Positions 26,766 through 37,711 of a DNA stretch of 51,262 nucleotides are shown piece by piece. Position 1 is the stretch's first letter; every line of letters starts with the position of its first letter. The stretch comes from Coriobacteriia bacterium. GTDB taxonomy: Bacteria; Actinomycetota; Coriobacteriia; Anaerosomatales; PALSA-660. The stretch lies in the NCBI GenBank assembly GCA_025361505.1, contig JANYKZ010000077.1, positions 1 to 51,262 on the forward strand, given 5' to 3'. The position numbers were made by a program, and so were the translations under genes. The notes beneath the pieces were generated by a model that worked only from the letters and a program-made list of their open reading frames with translations, was not told where the DNA came from and made no database searches.

Positions 26766-27131
26766 ATGAACACCAGGACCAAGATCGTCGCCGGCGCCAT
26801 CGCAGGTGTCGTAGCGGGAGCCACCCTCATGGGTGCCGCGTTCGCCGCCCCGCAGGGACTCGGCGCCGCGGCGCCCGCCGTCTATCGGATGATGGGATCA
26901 GCGGTCACGTCCGCTGCCGCCGGGATCCCGACGGTGGCCGATATGCAGGCGTTCATGAGCCGCTACCGCACCTCGTCGGGCGCGATCGACATGAACCGCA
27001 TGCATGCCGACGTCACGGGCGGCAAGGTCACGCCGCCCTGCGTGAGCGGGTCGAGGCGGTCAGCCGGAGCATCCTCTTCCGGCCAGGCCGCGCCGGGTGC
27101 CGGCTACGGGATGATGGGCGGTTCCTACTAG
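26766..27131 (+). CDS. Secreted Met-rich small protein
   Basis: SD AGGAGA; signal peptide ending AFA; RMMG, MNRMH, GMMGG. Confidence 0.8.
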   Translation: MNTRTKIVAGAIAGVVAGATLMGAAFAAPQGLGAAAPAVYRMMGSAVTSAAAGIPTVADMQAFMSRYRTSSGAIDMNRMHADVTGGKVTPPCVSGSRRSAGASSSGQAAPGAGYGMMGGSY

Positions 27132-27261
27132 TCGACCCTGACACGGCACCCGGCACGGCCTCGAACGCGAGACCGTGCCGGGTGCCGTCGGCGTTCGCTC
27201 GATGGCTCCGCTATCGACGCGGCATGTTCGCGGCAGGCCGCACGCGTGCGTGGACGCCGGT

Positions 27262-29250
27262 TCACGACGTGACGCGCAACGTCCTTGCGTTGACGGCGAC
27301 GATGACGGTCGACGCGGACATGAGGACTCCGCCGACCGCGGGGCTGAGCAGCACGCCGAACCCCGCGAGCACTCCCGCGGCAAGCGGGATGGCGACCACG
27401 TTGTAGCCGGTGGCCCACACGAGGTTCTGCACCATCTTCCCGTAGGTGGCGCGAGCCAGGTCGATGATGGCCGCGACGTCCTCGGGATTGCTCCGGACGA
27501 GAACGATGTCGGCGGTGGCGACGGCGACGTCGGTCCCCGCGCCGATGGCTATCCCGACGTCTGCCGAGGCCAGGGCCGGCGCGTCGTTCACTCCGTCCCC
27601 GACCATCGCAACTACCTTGCCCTCAGCCTGGACGAGCCGGATGGTCGCGGCCTTGTCGGCGGGCATGACCTCGGCGAAGAACCGTCCTATCCCGAGCTCC
27701 TTCGCGATGCGCTCAGCGACCACTCGGGTATCACCGGTGAGCATGATGGGCTCGATGCCCATCTCCCTGAGCCGCGTGACGGCGCGGATCGACTCGGGCC
27801 GGACCACGTCGGCCAACGCGATCGCGGCGACGACGACGCCGTCGAGCAGCACGTGGACGACCGTCCTCCCCCCGGCGGCCAGTGCGTCCGCGCCCTCAGG
27901 CGCGGCGATGCCGTTCTCCGCCAAGTATCCGGGGCTGACGACCGCCACCTCTCGGCCATCGATCACTCCCCGAGCCCCCCTGCCGGGGATGGCGCGGAAG
28001 TCGGTCACCGGGGACTTCGACGGCGCCGCGTCCGCGATCGCTCGGGCGATCGGGTGTTCGGACAGCTCCTCGACCGAGCCGGCCAGAGAGAGTGCATCCT
28101 CGCGAGTCAGTTCGCCGTACAGCGCCACGTCGGAGATGCCGAAGCGCCCGAGCGTGAGCGTGCCGGTCTTGTCGAAGATCACGGCGCTCAGCAGGCGCGC
28201 GTTCTCGAACGCCATCCGGTCGCGTACGAGGAGCCCGGTCTTGGCGCCGAGCGCCGTGGAGAAGGCCACGACGAGCGGGATCGCAAGGCCCAGCGCGTGC
28301 GGGCAGGCGATCACCATGACCGTGACCGCTCGTTCCATCGCGAACGACAGCGGCTTGCCCAACGCCAGCCAGACCGCGAACGTCGCGGCCCCGCCGCCCA
28401 GAGCGACGATCGTCAGCCACGTGGCGGCCCGGTCAGCGAGGTCCTGCGTCTTGGACTTCGACTCCTGCGCCTCCCGTACCAGGTCGGCGACCTGGGCCGC
28501 GAACGATTCGGCGCCCATGCGCCTGACAACGACGGTCAACGCGCCCTCGCCGTTGACCGCCCCTCCGATCACGGCGTCCCCCGGTGCCTTGCCGACGGGG
28601 ACCGACTCACCGGTGAGCATCGACTCGTCGACGGACGACGCGCCGTCGACCACGTCACCGTCGGCGGGGACCTTCTCACCCGGCTTGACTACGACGACGT
28701 CGCCGGGCTGCAGAGCGCCGAGCGCGACGTCCTCGGTGCTCCCATCGGGAAGGCGGCAATGCGCCTCGGAGGGCATCAGCTCCGCGAGCGACTCGAGCGC
28801 CTTGGACGCCTCGCCGACCGACCGCATCTCGACCCAGTGGCCGAGCAGCATGATGTCGACCAGGGTCGCCAGCTCCCAGAAGAACGGCATGCCGCGCAGG
28901 CCGAGGACCGTGGCGCCGCTGTAGAAGTAGGCGACGCTGATCGCAACGGCGACCAGCACCATCATCCCGGGTTTGCGTGCGCGCAGCTCGCGGGCGAAGC
29001 CCCTGAGGAACGGCATGCCGCCGAACACGTACAGCACGGTGGAGAGCGCGAGCAGGATCAAGTCCGCCCCGGGGACCGAGAGCAAGCGCGCTTCGGGAAG
29101 GAAGGGCAACCCCTGGGACAGCAGGACGACGGGAACGGTCAGCGCGATGCTGATCCAGAACCGCCGGCGGAAGTCGGCGATCGAGTGGCCGGTGTGGCGA
29201 CCAGCCGGGTGGGGACCGGTCCCGGTCGAGTGTGCGGAGTGCTCGTCCAT
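27262..29250 (-). CDS. copB: Copper-translocating P1B-3 ATPase (CopB type)
   Basis: His-rich N-terminus, [33 protein letters not shown]. Confidence 0.93.
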   Translation of the reverse strand: MDEHSAHSTGTGPHPAGRHTGHSIADFRRRFWISIALTVPVVLLSQGLPFLPEARLLSVPGADLILLALSTVLYVFGGMPFLRGFARELRARKPGMMVLVAVAISVAYFYSGATVLGLRGMPFFWELATLVDIMLLGHWVEMRSVGEASKALESLAELMPSEAHCRLPDGSTEDVALGALQPGDVVVVKPGEKVPADGDVVDGASSVDESMLTGESVPVGKAPGDAVIGGAVNGEGALTVVVRRMGAESFAAQVADLVREAQESKSKTQDLADRAATWLTIVALGGGAATFAVWLALGKPLSFAMERAVTVMVIACPHALGLAIPLVVAFSTALGAKTGLLVRDRMAFENARLLSAVIFDKTGTLTLGRFGISDVALYGELTREDALSLAGSVEELSEHPIARAIADAAPSKSPVTDFRAIPGRGARGVIDGREVAVVSPGYLAENGIAAPEGADALAAGGRTVVHVLLDGVVVAAIALADVVRPESIRAVTRLREMGIEPIMLTGDTRVVAERIAKELGIGRFFAEVMPADKAATIRLVQAEGKVVAMVGDGVNDAPALASADVGIAIGAGTDVAVATADIVLVRSNPEDVAAIIDLARATYGKMVQNLVWATGYNVVAIPLAAGVLAGFGVLLSPAVGGVLMSASTVIVAVNARTLRVTS

Positions 29251-29286
29251 GATCCCGGCTCTCGTCGCTGGCGGGCCGCGGCGGCG

Positions 29287-29423
29287 TCAGACTCCGAGCG
29301 TCGTGCAGATCTCCTCGTACCGTTCCTTTGTGATCTCGCCCTTCGCGTAGCGCAGTTGGCGATCGAGCACGCGTCCTCACCCGGAGGCGAAGCGGCGTGA
29401 CGCTGTCCCGACCCGTTCCGCAT
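29287..29423 (-). pseudogene. SHOCT-domain remnant, apparently frameshifted
   Basis: GEDACSIA in one frame joins LRYAKGEITKERYEEI in another at GCC AA CTG. Confidence 0.55.
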
Positions 29424-29474
29424 ACCTCGTTCATCCCCCGGCGAGCGACCTCCCATGCCGACCGGGACCCGCGC

Positions 29475-30536
29475 CTACCGCGACTCCGTCGCGTCGACCA
29501 CGACCAAGCTGCCGGACATCATGCCCATGCCGCATGTCATCGTGTAGGTGCCGGCCTTCATCGGCGGCACGAGCACGGCGGTGACTCCGTTGGCCGTGAG
29601 GTTCGCGAGCACCCCGGCACCAGGGATGCTGAGCTGAGAAGAGCACGCCACGTCCTCGCGGCGGTCGACGGAGAGGCGCACCTGAGTGCCCGCCGGGATG
29701 GTCACCCTGTCCGGGACGTAGGTCGTATTCTCGATCACGAGCGGTACCTCGACGACGCCGTCGGGGCCCGTCTTGAACCCCGCAAGGTTCGGTACGACCG
29801 CTCCGCCGACGACCGCTGTCCGAACGCTGTCGAACGTCACCGGCGAGCCCACGAGCATCAAGCCGCGGTCGAGGATGATCAGACCGAAGACCACGACGGC
29901 GACGGCCGCCACGATCTGCAACCTCGCCTGGAACCGGCGCGACAGCAGCGACGAAGCGAACCCGAAGACCAGCATCAGCGGCATCGTCCCGAGCCCGAAA
30001 CCCACCATCGCCCACGCTCCGAGCAGCGGCGAGCCGCTCTGCACCGCGCGCAGCTGCGCTGCGATCAAAGGAGCGCACGGCATCAGCCCCGTGAGCAACC
30101 CGAAGATGATCGGCGTTGCGAGCGACACGTGTCCCTCCGCGGCATCGGCCGTCGCCTTCCTCCGCTCGCTGGACAGCGCCCTGACCAGGAACCTCGGAGG
30201 GCGAGGCGTCAGATACCGGAGGGCCCTGACCCTCCCGGTCATCGAGACGCCCAGCAAGACCATGTACACGCCCGCCGCGACCATGAGCCAGTTGCGGAAC
30301 GGTGTGATGTCCACAGCGCGCCCCGCCAGCGCGACGAGCCCGCCGAGGATCAGCGCCACCGCAGCGTAGCTGAGCACCTTGGAACCTTGGTACGCAAGGT
30401 GTGGCAGGAGCCGCCGGTACCACGGACCGTCCTCGGTGCCCTTCACCGCATAGGTCAGAACGAGCCCGCCGCACATGAAGATGCAGTGGACTCCTGTCGC
30501 CAGGCCGAGCAGGAACATCGTCAGGAACAGATCCAC
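29475..30536 (-). CDS. DsbD_2/TauE-like membrane protein fused to a C-terminal cupredoxin domain
   Basis: HCIFMCGG, GLMPC, FGLGTMP; C-terminal AC...TCGMGM. Confidence 0.9.
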   Translation of the reverse strand: MDLFLTMFLLGLATGVHCIFMCGGLVLTYAVKGTEDGPWYRRLLPHLAYQGSKVLSYAAVALILGGLVALAGRAVDITPFRNWLMVAAGVYMVLLGVSMTGRVRALRYLTPRPPRFLVRALSSERRKATADAAEGHVSLATPIIFGLLTGLMPCAPLIAAQLRAVQSGSPLLGAWAMVGFGLGTMPLMLVFGFASSLLSRRFQARLQIVAAVAVVVFGLIILDRGLMLVGSPVTFDSVRTAVVGGAVVPNLAGFKTGPDGVVEVPLVIENTTYVPDRVTIPAGTQVRLSVDRREDVACSSQLSIPGAGVLANLTANGVTAVLVPPMKAGTYTMTCGMGMMSGSLVVVDATESR

Positions 30537-30698
30537 GCCGCAGACCCTCCCGCATCGTCGCCGCACGCGTCGCGTGAACGCGCCGCCATCATCATGCCTC
30601 ATCCGCCTGCGGGGGGACGTACGATACGAGGGGCGACCCTGACGAGGCTGTTGGCACCGCACTTGCGACAGCAGGGGTCCTGGCGATCGGGAGACGTG

Positions 30699-31406
30699 AT
30701 GAACAAGAGGGTACTGATCTGGCTCGCAGTGATCGCCATCTTCGGCGCGCTGCTGCTCGCCGTGACGACGCCCGCCGCGGCGGTGCTGAAGAAGGTCGAC
30801 GGCTCGGAGCTCACCCAACTGCAGGACTCCGGCGCCATGGTCGTCGACGTTCGCTCCGCGAGCGAGTACGCGTCGGGCCACATACCGGGAGCGTCCAACG
30901 TGCCGCTGGAGCAGTTGCAGCAGGCCGCGGCCACGTGGAGCAAGGACCGGGCGGTCGTGGTCTACTGCGCGACCGGCGCCCGCTCCGCGAACGCGGCGGC
31001 CTACCTCGCGGGCCAGGGGTTCAGGAAGGTGTACGACCTCACGAACGGGATGGTCGCGTGGACCGGGTCCGTCCAGGGAGGCGCGGGCGGGGTGCCGTCG
31101 GGACCCGGTACGGTGAAGACGAGCGGCAAGCCGGTCTTCATCGACTTCTCCTCCAGCACTTGACCCACCTGCATAGAGATGAAGCCTCTGGTCGAGAGGC
31201 TCGCGCAGGAGTACAAGGGCAAGATCGAGTTCCGCCGCTATGTCGACAGCGGGGATCCCGTGGGCGATCAGTTGGCGCAGACGTTCAACGTCCAGTACGT
31301 TCCGACGTTCGCGTTCGTGGATTCCGACGGCAGCCTGTCGGGGCAACTGCTCGTGGGCGGCGTCACCGAGGACGTGCTGCGGGCGCGACTCGACGTTCTC
31401 AAGTAG
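30699..31406 (+). CDS. Exported or membrane-anchored rhodanese-thioredoxin fusion selenoprotein (Sec at TGA 31161-31163, UPTC motif)
   Basis: N-terminal signal/TM; rhodanese (VDVR, GHIPGA, CATGARS); thioredoxin FIDFSSST-[TGA]-PTC continuing in frame to VQYVPTF; SECIS-like hairpin downstream. Confidence 0.88.
31161..31201 (+). promoter_or_regulatory. Bacterial SECIS element
   Basis: AGCCTCT-GGTCG-AGAGGCT 7-bp stem; the G-initiated loop starts 26 nt after the UGA. Confidence 0.8.
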
Positions 31407-31476
31407 GATCCCAGCGGGAAGGTCGTCCCGATCGATGGTGCGGCCGCGCGCTCGTGCGGCCTGAGAGGAACGGCGC

Positions 31477-32205
31477 GTGCAGGCAGGTCTTCTGGGTCTC
31501 CTCGTAGCGTTCGGCGCCGGCCTGGTGTCGTTCCTGTCGCCGTGCGTGCTTCCGCTGATCCCGGGCTACGTGTCCTTCATCACGGGGTTCAGCCCCGCGG
31601 ACCTGTCCGAGGGCAAGCCCCCTCTGAGCGCGGTCCTCATCCCCAGCCTTCTGTTCGTCGCAGGATTCGGTTTCGTCTTCGTCGCCCTCGGTGCCTCCGC
31701 GTCCGTGCTCGGCGCTCTTCTCGCTCCCTACAAGGCGACCCTGGCGCGCGTTGCCGGGGTGCTCGTGATCCTGATGGGGATCTTCCTCCTCGGCGTCATC
31801 AAGATCCCGGGCCTGTATGCGGAGAAGCGCTTCGACCTATCGAAGACGCGCTCGTTCGGTCGCGGCGCTGCCTTCGTGATGGGCATGGCGTTCGCGTTCG
31901 GGTGGACCCCCTGCGTCGGACCGATCCTGGGCGGCGTCCTCGCTCTTGCGGGCACGTCGGCCGAAGTGGGGCGCGGCGCCGCCCTCCTGCTCGCCTACTC
32001 GCTGGGCCTGGGGGTGCCGTTCGTGGTGACCGGCGTCTTCCTCGGGCGCCTGCACGGCACGCTGCGGTTCCTCAACCGGCATTCGCTGGGCCTGAACCGC
32101 GTCGCGGGGGCGCTGCTCATCGTCATGGGCCTGCTCATGATGACGGGGAGACTTGCGGCGGTGGGCGTGCTGATCCTGCGCCTGCTGCCGGCCTCCGTCG
32201 GATAG
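31477..32205 (+). CDS. ccdA: Cytochrome c biogenesis / disulfide transfer protein CcdA
   Basis: SFLSPCVLPLIPGY, GWTPCVGPILG, YSLGLGVPF. Confidence 0.93.
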   Translation: MQAGLLGLLVAFGAGLVSFLSPCVLPLIPGYVSFITGFSPADLSEGKPPLSAVLIPSLLFVAGFGFVFVALGASASVLGALLAPYKATLARVAGVLVILMGIFLLGVIKIPGLYAEKRFDLSKTRSFGRGAAFVMGMAFAFGWTPCVGPILGGVLALAGTSAEVGRGAALLLAYSLGLGVPFVVTGVFLGRLHGTLRFLNRHSLGLNRVAGALLIVMGLLMMTGRLAAVGVLILRLLPASVG

Positions 32206-32218
32206 CAGCACCGGCCGT

Positions 32219-32250
32219 GAGGACGGGGCGCCCGAAGGCGCCCCATCCTC
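32219..32250. terminator. Hairpin between convergent genes
   Basis: GAGGACGGGGCGCC-CGAA-GGCGCCCCATCCTC. Confidence 0.65.
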
Positions 32251-32278
32251 TGACCGAAACCAGTGCGTGCGAACGGAT

Positions 32279-32998
32279 CTACGCTCCGACCTTGCGGTCG
32301 GTCGGCTGCGGGGTCCACTGGTCCATCGCGGCGTTGTCGATGACGATCTTGCCGCCCACGACCTTGGCCGGGAGCTCGTCGAGCGGGTACAGCCTGCAGG
32401 CGCCGCTGATCCCCACTCCGGTCTCCGCGTCACGCGTGGTCCCGCAGGCGCTGCATCTGAGGATGCCGTCGGCCTCGAGCGTCTGCTGCTTGCCCTTGCA
32501 CGGGATGCAGAAGCTCACGCCCACGAACAGCTTGCCGGAGGGCTTCACGTACGCGACCATCGGGACCGGATCGGACCCGGCCTTCTTGTACTCGAAGTAC
32601 ACGATCTTGTTCGCGACGACGTCGGCGAGGGACACCGAGGTCTGCTTGGGCCCCTGCGCCGGCGTCGCATTGAACATCGCGACCGTCGACCCATAGGGCG
32701 CCGCCGGCGCGACCGAAGGCTCGGTGTAGGCGGCCGGCAACAGGCGGCCGATGTACTTGGCCTCTTCGGGAGGCACCGCGCCCTGCGTCGCTCCGGACGC
32801 GGCAGTCGCCCCGGGCGAAGCCGTGGCGGTAGCCCCGGTGATGCCCTTGGGCCCACCGTTGCCCACCACCACGACCACGATCGCGACTGCGACGATCGCG
32901 ACCGCGACCGCAGCCCACGTGCCGACCCCGACGCTCTTCTCCTTGGCAGGCGGAGCCGCCTTGTGGGGAACCGGACTCTTCGTCTTCTTCTTGGCCAT
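32279..32998 (-). CDS. Membrane-anchored Fe-S-type protein (DUF2318/FtrD-like)
   Basis: N-terminal TM; CIPC, CSACG, GAC..YPL. Confidence 0.75.
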   Translation of the reverse strand: MAKKKTKSPVPHKAAPPAKEKSVGVGTWAAVAVAIVAVAIVVVVVGNGGPKGITGATATASPGATAASGATQGAVPPEEAKYIGRLLPAAYTEPSVAPAAPYGSTVAMFNATPAQGPKQTSVSLADVVANKIVYFEYKKAGSDPVPMVAYVKPSGKLFVGVSFCIPCKGKQQTLEADGILRCSACGTTRDAETGVGISGACRLYPLDELPAKVVGGKIVIDNAAMDQWTPQPTDRKVGA

Positions 32999-33082
32999 CT
33001 CAGGTCTCCATCTCTCTTACCAGGTCGGGGTCGACGGGGGTCCTGCGCGCGTCGCCCGGCGATCCTTCGGACTGCGTCGGCC

Positions 33083-33520
33083 CTACTTCGCGGTGAACGC
33101 GACGGTCTGGAGGACCGGCGGGTCGAAGGGCGTGGTGTCGTTCTGGACGAGCTCGGCCTTCAGCGTGTGAGGCCCGGGAGTGACGCCGCTCAGAGCGTAG
33201 TCAGGAGTAGCGCTCATCTTGATGGGCTGAGAGTCCAGCGTGAAGTGCACGTGACCCTCACCGGGAACCAGCTTCGTGCTCGGCATCGCGAACTTCAGAC
33301 CGGTCGTCTCGAGCTTGATCACGATCTCACCGGCCTTGACCACTGCGCCGTCGAGAGGGGCGAGGACCTTGATGGTCGGACCGGCGACGACGGTTGAGCC
33401 GCCCTGTACGGGGGACGTCTGCGCGCCGGAAGTGCGCGGCGTGGCCGCGCAGCCTGCGAGTAGAACGGTGATCGTCAGGGCGATCAGGGCGATCAGCGCG
33501 CTGTAGGTGCGGCGATTCAT
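33083..33520 (-). CDS. Lipoprotein with a His-containing beta domain (DUF4399-like)
   Basis: Lipobox LAGC; GEGHVHFTLD; PGPHTL. Confidence 0.75.
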   Translation of the reverse strand: MNRRTYSALIALIALTITVLLAGCAATPRTSGAQTSPVQGGSTVVAGPTIKVLAPLDGAVVKAGEIVIKLETTGLKFAMPSTKLVPGEGHVHFTLDSQPIKMSATPDYALSGVTPGPHTLKAELVQNDTTPFDPPVLQTVAFTAK

Positions 33521-33556
33521 CGAGACCTCCGGGTGCTGGGCAGTCGGGGCACGGAG

Positions 33557-33769
33557 CTAGGCGACCTCGGCGCCATAGCCGGCGTCCTTGATCGCCGTGA
33601 CGATCTGCTCGATCGACACGAGAGCGGGGTCGAACTCGACCAGGGTGGTCCCCTTGCCGTAGTCCGCCTTGACCGAGCCGATGCCGGGCAGGTCGTCGAC
33701 GGTCATCTCGATGAGCATCGAGCACGAGCCGCAGTGCATGCCGCTGGTCTTGAGAACCGTCGATTCCAT
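33557..33769 (-). CDS. copZ: Copper chaperone (HMA domain)
   Basis: SD GAAGGAGA; GMHCGSC; AGY. Confidence 0.9.
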   Translation of the reverse strand: MESTVLKTSGMHCGSCSMLIEMTVDDLPGIGSVKADYGKGTTLVEFDPALVSIEQIVTAIKDAGYGAEVA

Positions 33770-33847
33770 TGCAGCTGGTCTCCTTCGGGTGTGGTGGGGA
33801 GCCCGGGCCCGACGCTGACTCGCGCCGGGCACGGGCGAGGGAGGGGT

Positions 33848-34684
33848 CTACTTGACGCGTACCGCGGTCGCGACCTCTGCGCCGTTCACGAAGAACGGCT
33901 GGTCCGGACTGTTGTACTTGTCCATCATGTCGAACTCGAGAGTGCCGATGACGCCACGATCGGCGTGGACCGCGACGAGCAGCTTGTCGGTGAGCGCGAT
34001 GGCGGGGTCGAGCTTGACGATCACGTTGGTGTTCGTCCCTGCGGCGATCTGCGCGAAGCCGACGCGCGCGCCGGGCTTGCCGTTGTCGTCGAGATGCACG
34101 ACGATCCACGCTCCGGTCGGGGCCACGGCCTTGGCGACCGTGATGGAGCCCCTGGCGCCGGGCTGGTCCGCCACGGTGATCGAAGCCTCGCCATCACTGG
34201 CATTGACTCCGAACGGCGGCGTCGCGACCTTGACCTCCATCGCCAACTCCATCCCGCCGACGAAATAGGGCTTGTCGGGGCTGGAGTCGAACTTGGTCTT
34301 GTCGAACTCGAACGCACCGATGATGCCGCGGTCGGCGTGAACCGCGACGATCAGCTTGTCCGTGAGCGCGACGTCGTCGATCTTGACGACCACGTTGCTG
34401 CTGTCCCCTGCCGGGATCGCCTGGAGGCCGATCCGCTTGCCGGGCATCCCGTTGTCATCGAGGTGCACGGCGATCCACGAGGGACCGGGCACGTGCACAC
34501 CCGCGACCGTGATGGTGCCCTTGGCGCCGGGCTGGTCCATCACCTCGATGCTCGCGCTCTTGGCGGTGGCGACGACGCCGACCATCTTGCCGGCGCTCGA
34601 CGCATTGGCGAACGCGTAGACGGTCATGCTCAACGTGAACAGCACACCCAGCACGACGCCGAGGGTATTGAGGAAACGCTTCAT
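33848..34684 (-). CDS. Secreted protein with two DUF7282-like domains retaining His residues
   Basis: SD AAAGGAGA; signal peptide; two copies of WI.VHLDDNG.PG...VAVHADRG...D.P(Y/F)FV. Confidence 0.85.
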   Translation of the reverse strand: MKRFLNTLGVVLGVLFTLSMTVYAFANASSAGKMVGVVATAKSASIEVMDQPGAKGTITVAGVHVPGPSWIAVHLDDNGMPGKRIGLQAIPAGDSSNVVVKIDDVALTDKLIVAVHADRGIIGAFEFDKTKFDSSPDKPYFVGGMELAMEVKVATPPFGVNASDGEASITVADQPGARGSITVAKAVAPTGAWIVVHLDDNGKPGARVGFAQIAAGTNTNVIVKLDPAIALTDKLLVAVHADRGVIGTLEFDMMDKYNSPDQPFFVNGAEVATAVRVK

Positions 34685-34710
34685 GGTTCCGATCTCCTTT
34701 CGGCGAAGAG

Positions 34711-37704
34711 CTAGGCGGCCTTCGAGAAGCTGGGCTTGAACCGGCGCAGCAGCAGCGAGCTGCTCACGACGCTAACGCTGGAGAGCGCCATGGCGGCGCC
34801 GGCCAGTTCCGGCCGGAGGAGCCCCAGCGCGGCGATCGGGATGCCGAGCGTGTTGTAGCCGAGCGCCCAGAAGAAGTTCTGGTAGATCTTGCGCATGGTG
34901 GCGCGGGACAGCTCGATCGCGGTCACCACGTCGCGCAGGTCGTTCTTGATGAGGACGATGCCGCCGGTCTCCATGGCGACGTCCGTGCCGCCGCCCATGG
35001 CGATGCCGACGTCGGCCTTCGCAAGCGCCGGCGTGTCGTTGATGCCGTCTCCGACCATGGCGACGACGAGTCCCTTTGCCTGGAGCTTGCCGACCTCTTC
35101 GGCCTTGTTCTCCGGGAGCACCTCGGCGAGGACGTTCTCGGGCCTGATGCCGGCCTGCGAGGCGATGGCCTCGGCGGTGCGGCGGTTGTCGCCCGTGATC
35201 ATGTACACGGCCACGCCCATCTTGGTGAGCCGCTCCACCGCTTCCTTGGAGTTGTCCTTCAGCGTGTCCGCCACGGCGATGAGGCCGGCGGCCTGTCCGT
35301 CGATCGCAGTGAGCATGACCGTCTTGCCCTCGGACTCGAGGCGCTCGATGCGGACCGCGAACTCGGCGATGTCGACGCCTTCACGCTCCATGAGCCTGCG
35401 GTTGCCCAGCGCGACGCGCCGGCCTTCGACGATGCCCTCGACTCCGTGACCGGGAACGGCCTCGAAGCCGGTGACGTCGCCGAGCACGAGTCCGTTCTCG
35501 TTGGCGTAGTTGACGATCGCCTCGGCCAGCGGATGTTCGCTGCTTCTCTCCAGCGCGGCCGCGAGCCGGTAGAACTCCATGCGGTCGAACGACCCGAACG
35601 GACCGAACTCCGTCACCACGGGCTTGCCGTAGGTCAGCGTGCCGGTCTTGTCGAACACGATCGCCTTGATCTTGTAGGCGGTCTCAAGGGCGTCACCGCT
35701 CTTGATGAGGATGCCGTTCTCGGCGCCCTTGCCGGTACCGACCATGATGGCCGTCGGCGTGGCGAGCCCGAGCGCGCAGGGGCAGGCGATGACGATGACC
35801 GCGGTCCCGGCGAGCAGCGCCTTCACGAACGGCGTGGCGAACGCGTAGAACGAGGCGTCAACGAAGCCCGGCACGACGAACAGCCAGATGAAGAAGGTCG
35901 CCAGAGCGATGGTGATGACGGCCGGTACGAACACGGCCGAGATCCGGTCGGCGAAGCGCTGCACGGGCGCCTTGGAGCCCTGAGCGTCCTCCACGAGACG
36001 GACGATCTGCGCCAGTGCGGTGTCCTTGCCGACCTTGGTGGCGCGGAACCTGAGCGAGCCGAGCTTGTTCATCGTCGCGCCGATGACCGAGTCACCGACG
36101 TTCTTCTCGACCGGCATGGACTCGCCGGTGAGCATCGACTCGTCGATGCTGCTGCGTCCTTCGACGACGAGGCCGTCGACCGGGACCTTCTCACCGGGGC
36201 GGACCACGACGACGTCGCCGGCCACGACCTGCTCGACCGGGATGTCGAGCTCGACGCCGCCGCGCACGACGCGCGCCGTCTTGGCGGCAAGGCCCATGAG
36301 CTTCTTGATGGCGTCCGAGGTCTTGCCCTTCGCGCGCGCCTCGAGCAGCTTGCCCAGGATGACGAAGGTGATGAGCAGCCCGGCGGTCTCGAAGAAGACC
36401 GGCTCGGCCTGCAGCGACGGGATGAACGTCGCGGCCACGCTGTAGAAGTACGCCGCCGACGTGCCGATGGCGATGAGCGTGTCCATGTTGCCGCTGCGGC
36501 GCTTGAGCGCGTGCCAGAAGCCGCGGTAGAACTGCGCGCCCGCGATGAACTGGACCGGCGTGATCAGGGCGAAGGCCATGTACTTGAGGACCATCATCGG
36601 GTCCCAGGCGCCGCCGAACGTGCTGGCGAGCCAGGTGGCCACGGCGGCCGGCACCACGGTCATGAACGGCGGCACCATGGAGATGAGGAACGCCGGCAAC
36701 GCCAGCAGCAGCGAGAACATGAAGAGCCACTGCTGGTGCTTGGTGTGCTTCGCCTGCGCGACGCGCTGGGCGTCCTCCGCGGGGGCGTCGGCGGACGTGC
36801 CGGTCTCCACGCGGAGCATCGCCTCGTAGCCGGCGCCCTTCACCGCGCCGATGAGGGTGTCCAGGCCGACGACGGCCGGGTCGAACGTCACCGTGGCGGT
36901 CTCCAGCGCGAGGTTCACGGAGGCCGACTGCACTCCGGTCACCTTGTTGAGCGTCTTCTCGATCACGGCGGAACAGGAGGAGCAGGTCATCCCGACAAGA
37001 CCGAGCGTGACCGTGCCCATCGGCGAGCCCTTACCGGATGACGCGGTGGCCGTGGTCACGGCCGGTGCCGCAGCGGGCACGGGGGCGTCGAGCGGTATGG
37101 CGCCGTAGCCGGCCTTCTTGACCGCCTCGGCGATGCGGACCTCGTCGGTGACCGACGGATCCAGCTTGACCGACATCCTCTCGGTCGCGAGATTGACCGT
37201 GACGGCCTGGACGCCGGCGACCTTGCCGACGACCTTCTCGATCACGGCGGAGCACGACGCGCAGGTCATCCCCGTGACGGCGAACGATGCGTCGCGGACC
37301 GCCGAAGCGGCGCCGGACGGTGCGGCAGGCGCGGCGGGAACCATCACGGCGACGGGCTCGGCCACGACCGGGCAGGCTGCGGGCGCTATCGCGGGGCCCG
37401 AGGCGACCCCGACCAGGGGACTCGCGGCGATCGCGACTCCCTCAGGGACGAAGCCGCAGGCCACGATGACGCGGGCGATGTCCACGTCGGTGAGGACGGC
37501 GGGATCCGCGAGGACGGACACCATTCCGGTCCGTGCATCCGCGGACACGGCGCCGACGCCGGGCTGGCGTCCGAGCGCCTCGACGAGCAGGTTCTCGCAC
37601 GAGCGGCAATCCATGCCGTCGACCCTGAGCCGGCGGAGCACCGGCCCTCGTGATGTCGCGATCTCGGGCTCCGTGCGGGAGCCTGTGAATTCGGTCGTTT
37701 CCAT
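34711..37704 (-). CDS. copA: Cu(I)-translocating P1B-1 ATPase with three HMA domains (paralog)
   Basis: GMDCRSC, GMTCASC, GMTCSSC, CPC, DKTGT, GDGIND, YN, MALSS; SD AGAGGAG. Confidence 0.95.
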   Translation of the reverse strand: METTEFTGSRTEPEIATSRGPVLRRLRVDGMDCRSCENLLVEALGRQPGVGAVSADARTGMVSVLADPAVLTDVDIARVIVACGFVPEGVAIAASPLVGVASGPAIAPAACPVVAEPVAVMVPAAPAAPSGAASAVRDASFAVTGMTCASCSAVIEKVVGKVAGVQAVTVNLATERMSVKLDPSVTDEVRIAEAVKKAGYGAIPLDAPVPAAAPAVTTATASSGKGSPMGTVTLGLVGMTCSSCSAVIEKTLNKVTGVQSASVNLALETATVTFDPAVVGLDTLIGAVKGAGYEAMLRVETGTSADAPAEDAQRVAQAKHTKHQQWLFMFSLLLALPAFLISMVPPFMTVVPAAVATWLASTFGGAWDPMMVLKYMAFALITPVQFIAGAQFYRGFWHALKRRSGNMDTLIAIGTSAAYFYSVAATFIPSLQAEPVFFETAGLLITFVILGKLLEARAKGKTSDAIKKLMGLAAKTARVVRGGVELDIPVEQVVAGDVVVVRPGEKVPVDGLVVEGRSSIDESMLTGESMPVEKNVGDSVIGATMNKLGSLRFRATKVGKDTALAQIVRLVEDAQGSKAPVQRFADRISAVFVPAVITIALATFFIWLFVVPGFVDASFYAFATPFVKALLAGTAVIVIACPCALGLATPTAIMVGTGKGAENGILIKSGDALETAYKIKAIVFDKTGTLTYGKPVVTEFGPFGSFDRMEFYRLAAALERSSEHPLAEAIVNYANENGLVLGDVTGFEAVPGHGVEGIVEGRRVALGNRRLMEREGVDIAEFAVRIERLESEGKTVMLTAIDGQAAGLIAVADTLKDNSKEAVERLTKMGVAVYMITGDNRRTAEAIASQAGIRPENVLAEVLPENKAEEVGKLQAKGLVVAMVGDGINDTPALAKADVGIAMGGGTDVAMETGGIVLIKNDLRDVVTAIELSRATMRKIYQNFFWALGYNTLGIPIAALGLLRPELAGAAMALSSVSVVSSSLLLRRFKPSFSKAA

Positions 37705-37711
37705 GGCTCCT

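Noticed and set aside
29397-30698. Long N-terminal extension of the rhodanese ORF, and the reciprocal extension of 29475..31346
   Set aside because: Antisense shadows of real genes; proper starts are at 30699 and 30536.
31179-31406. Stand-alone 75-aa thioredoxin fragment or nonsense pseudogene
   Set aside because: The UGA position at the catalytic residue plus the SECIS hairpin favours Sec readthrough.
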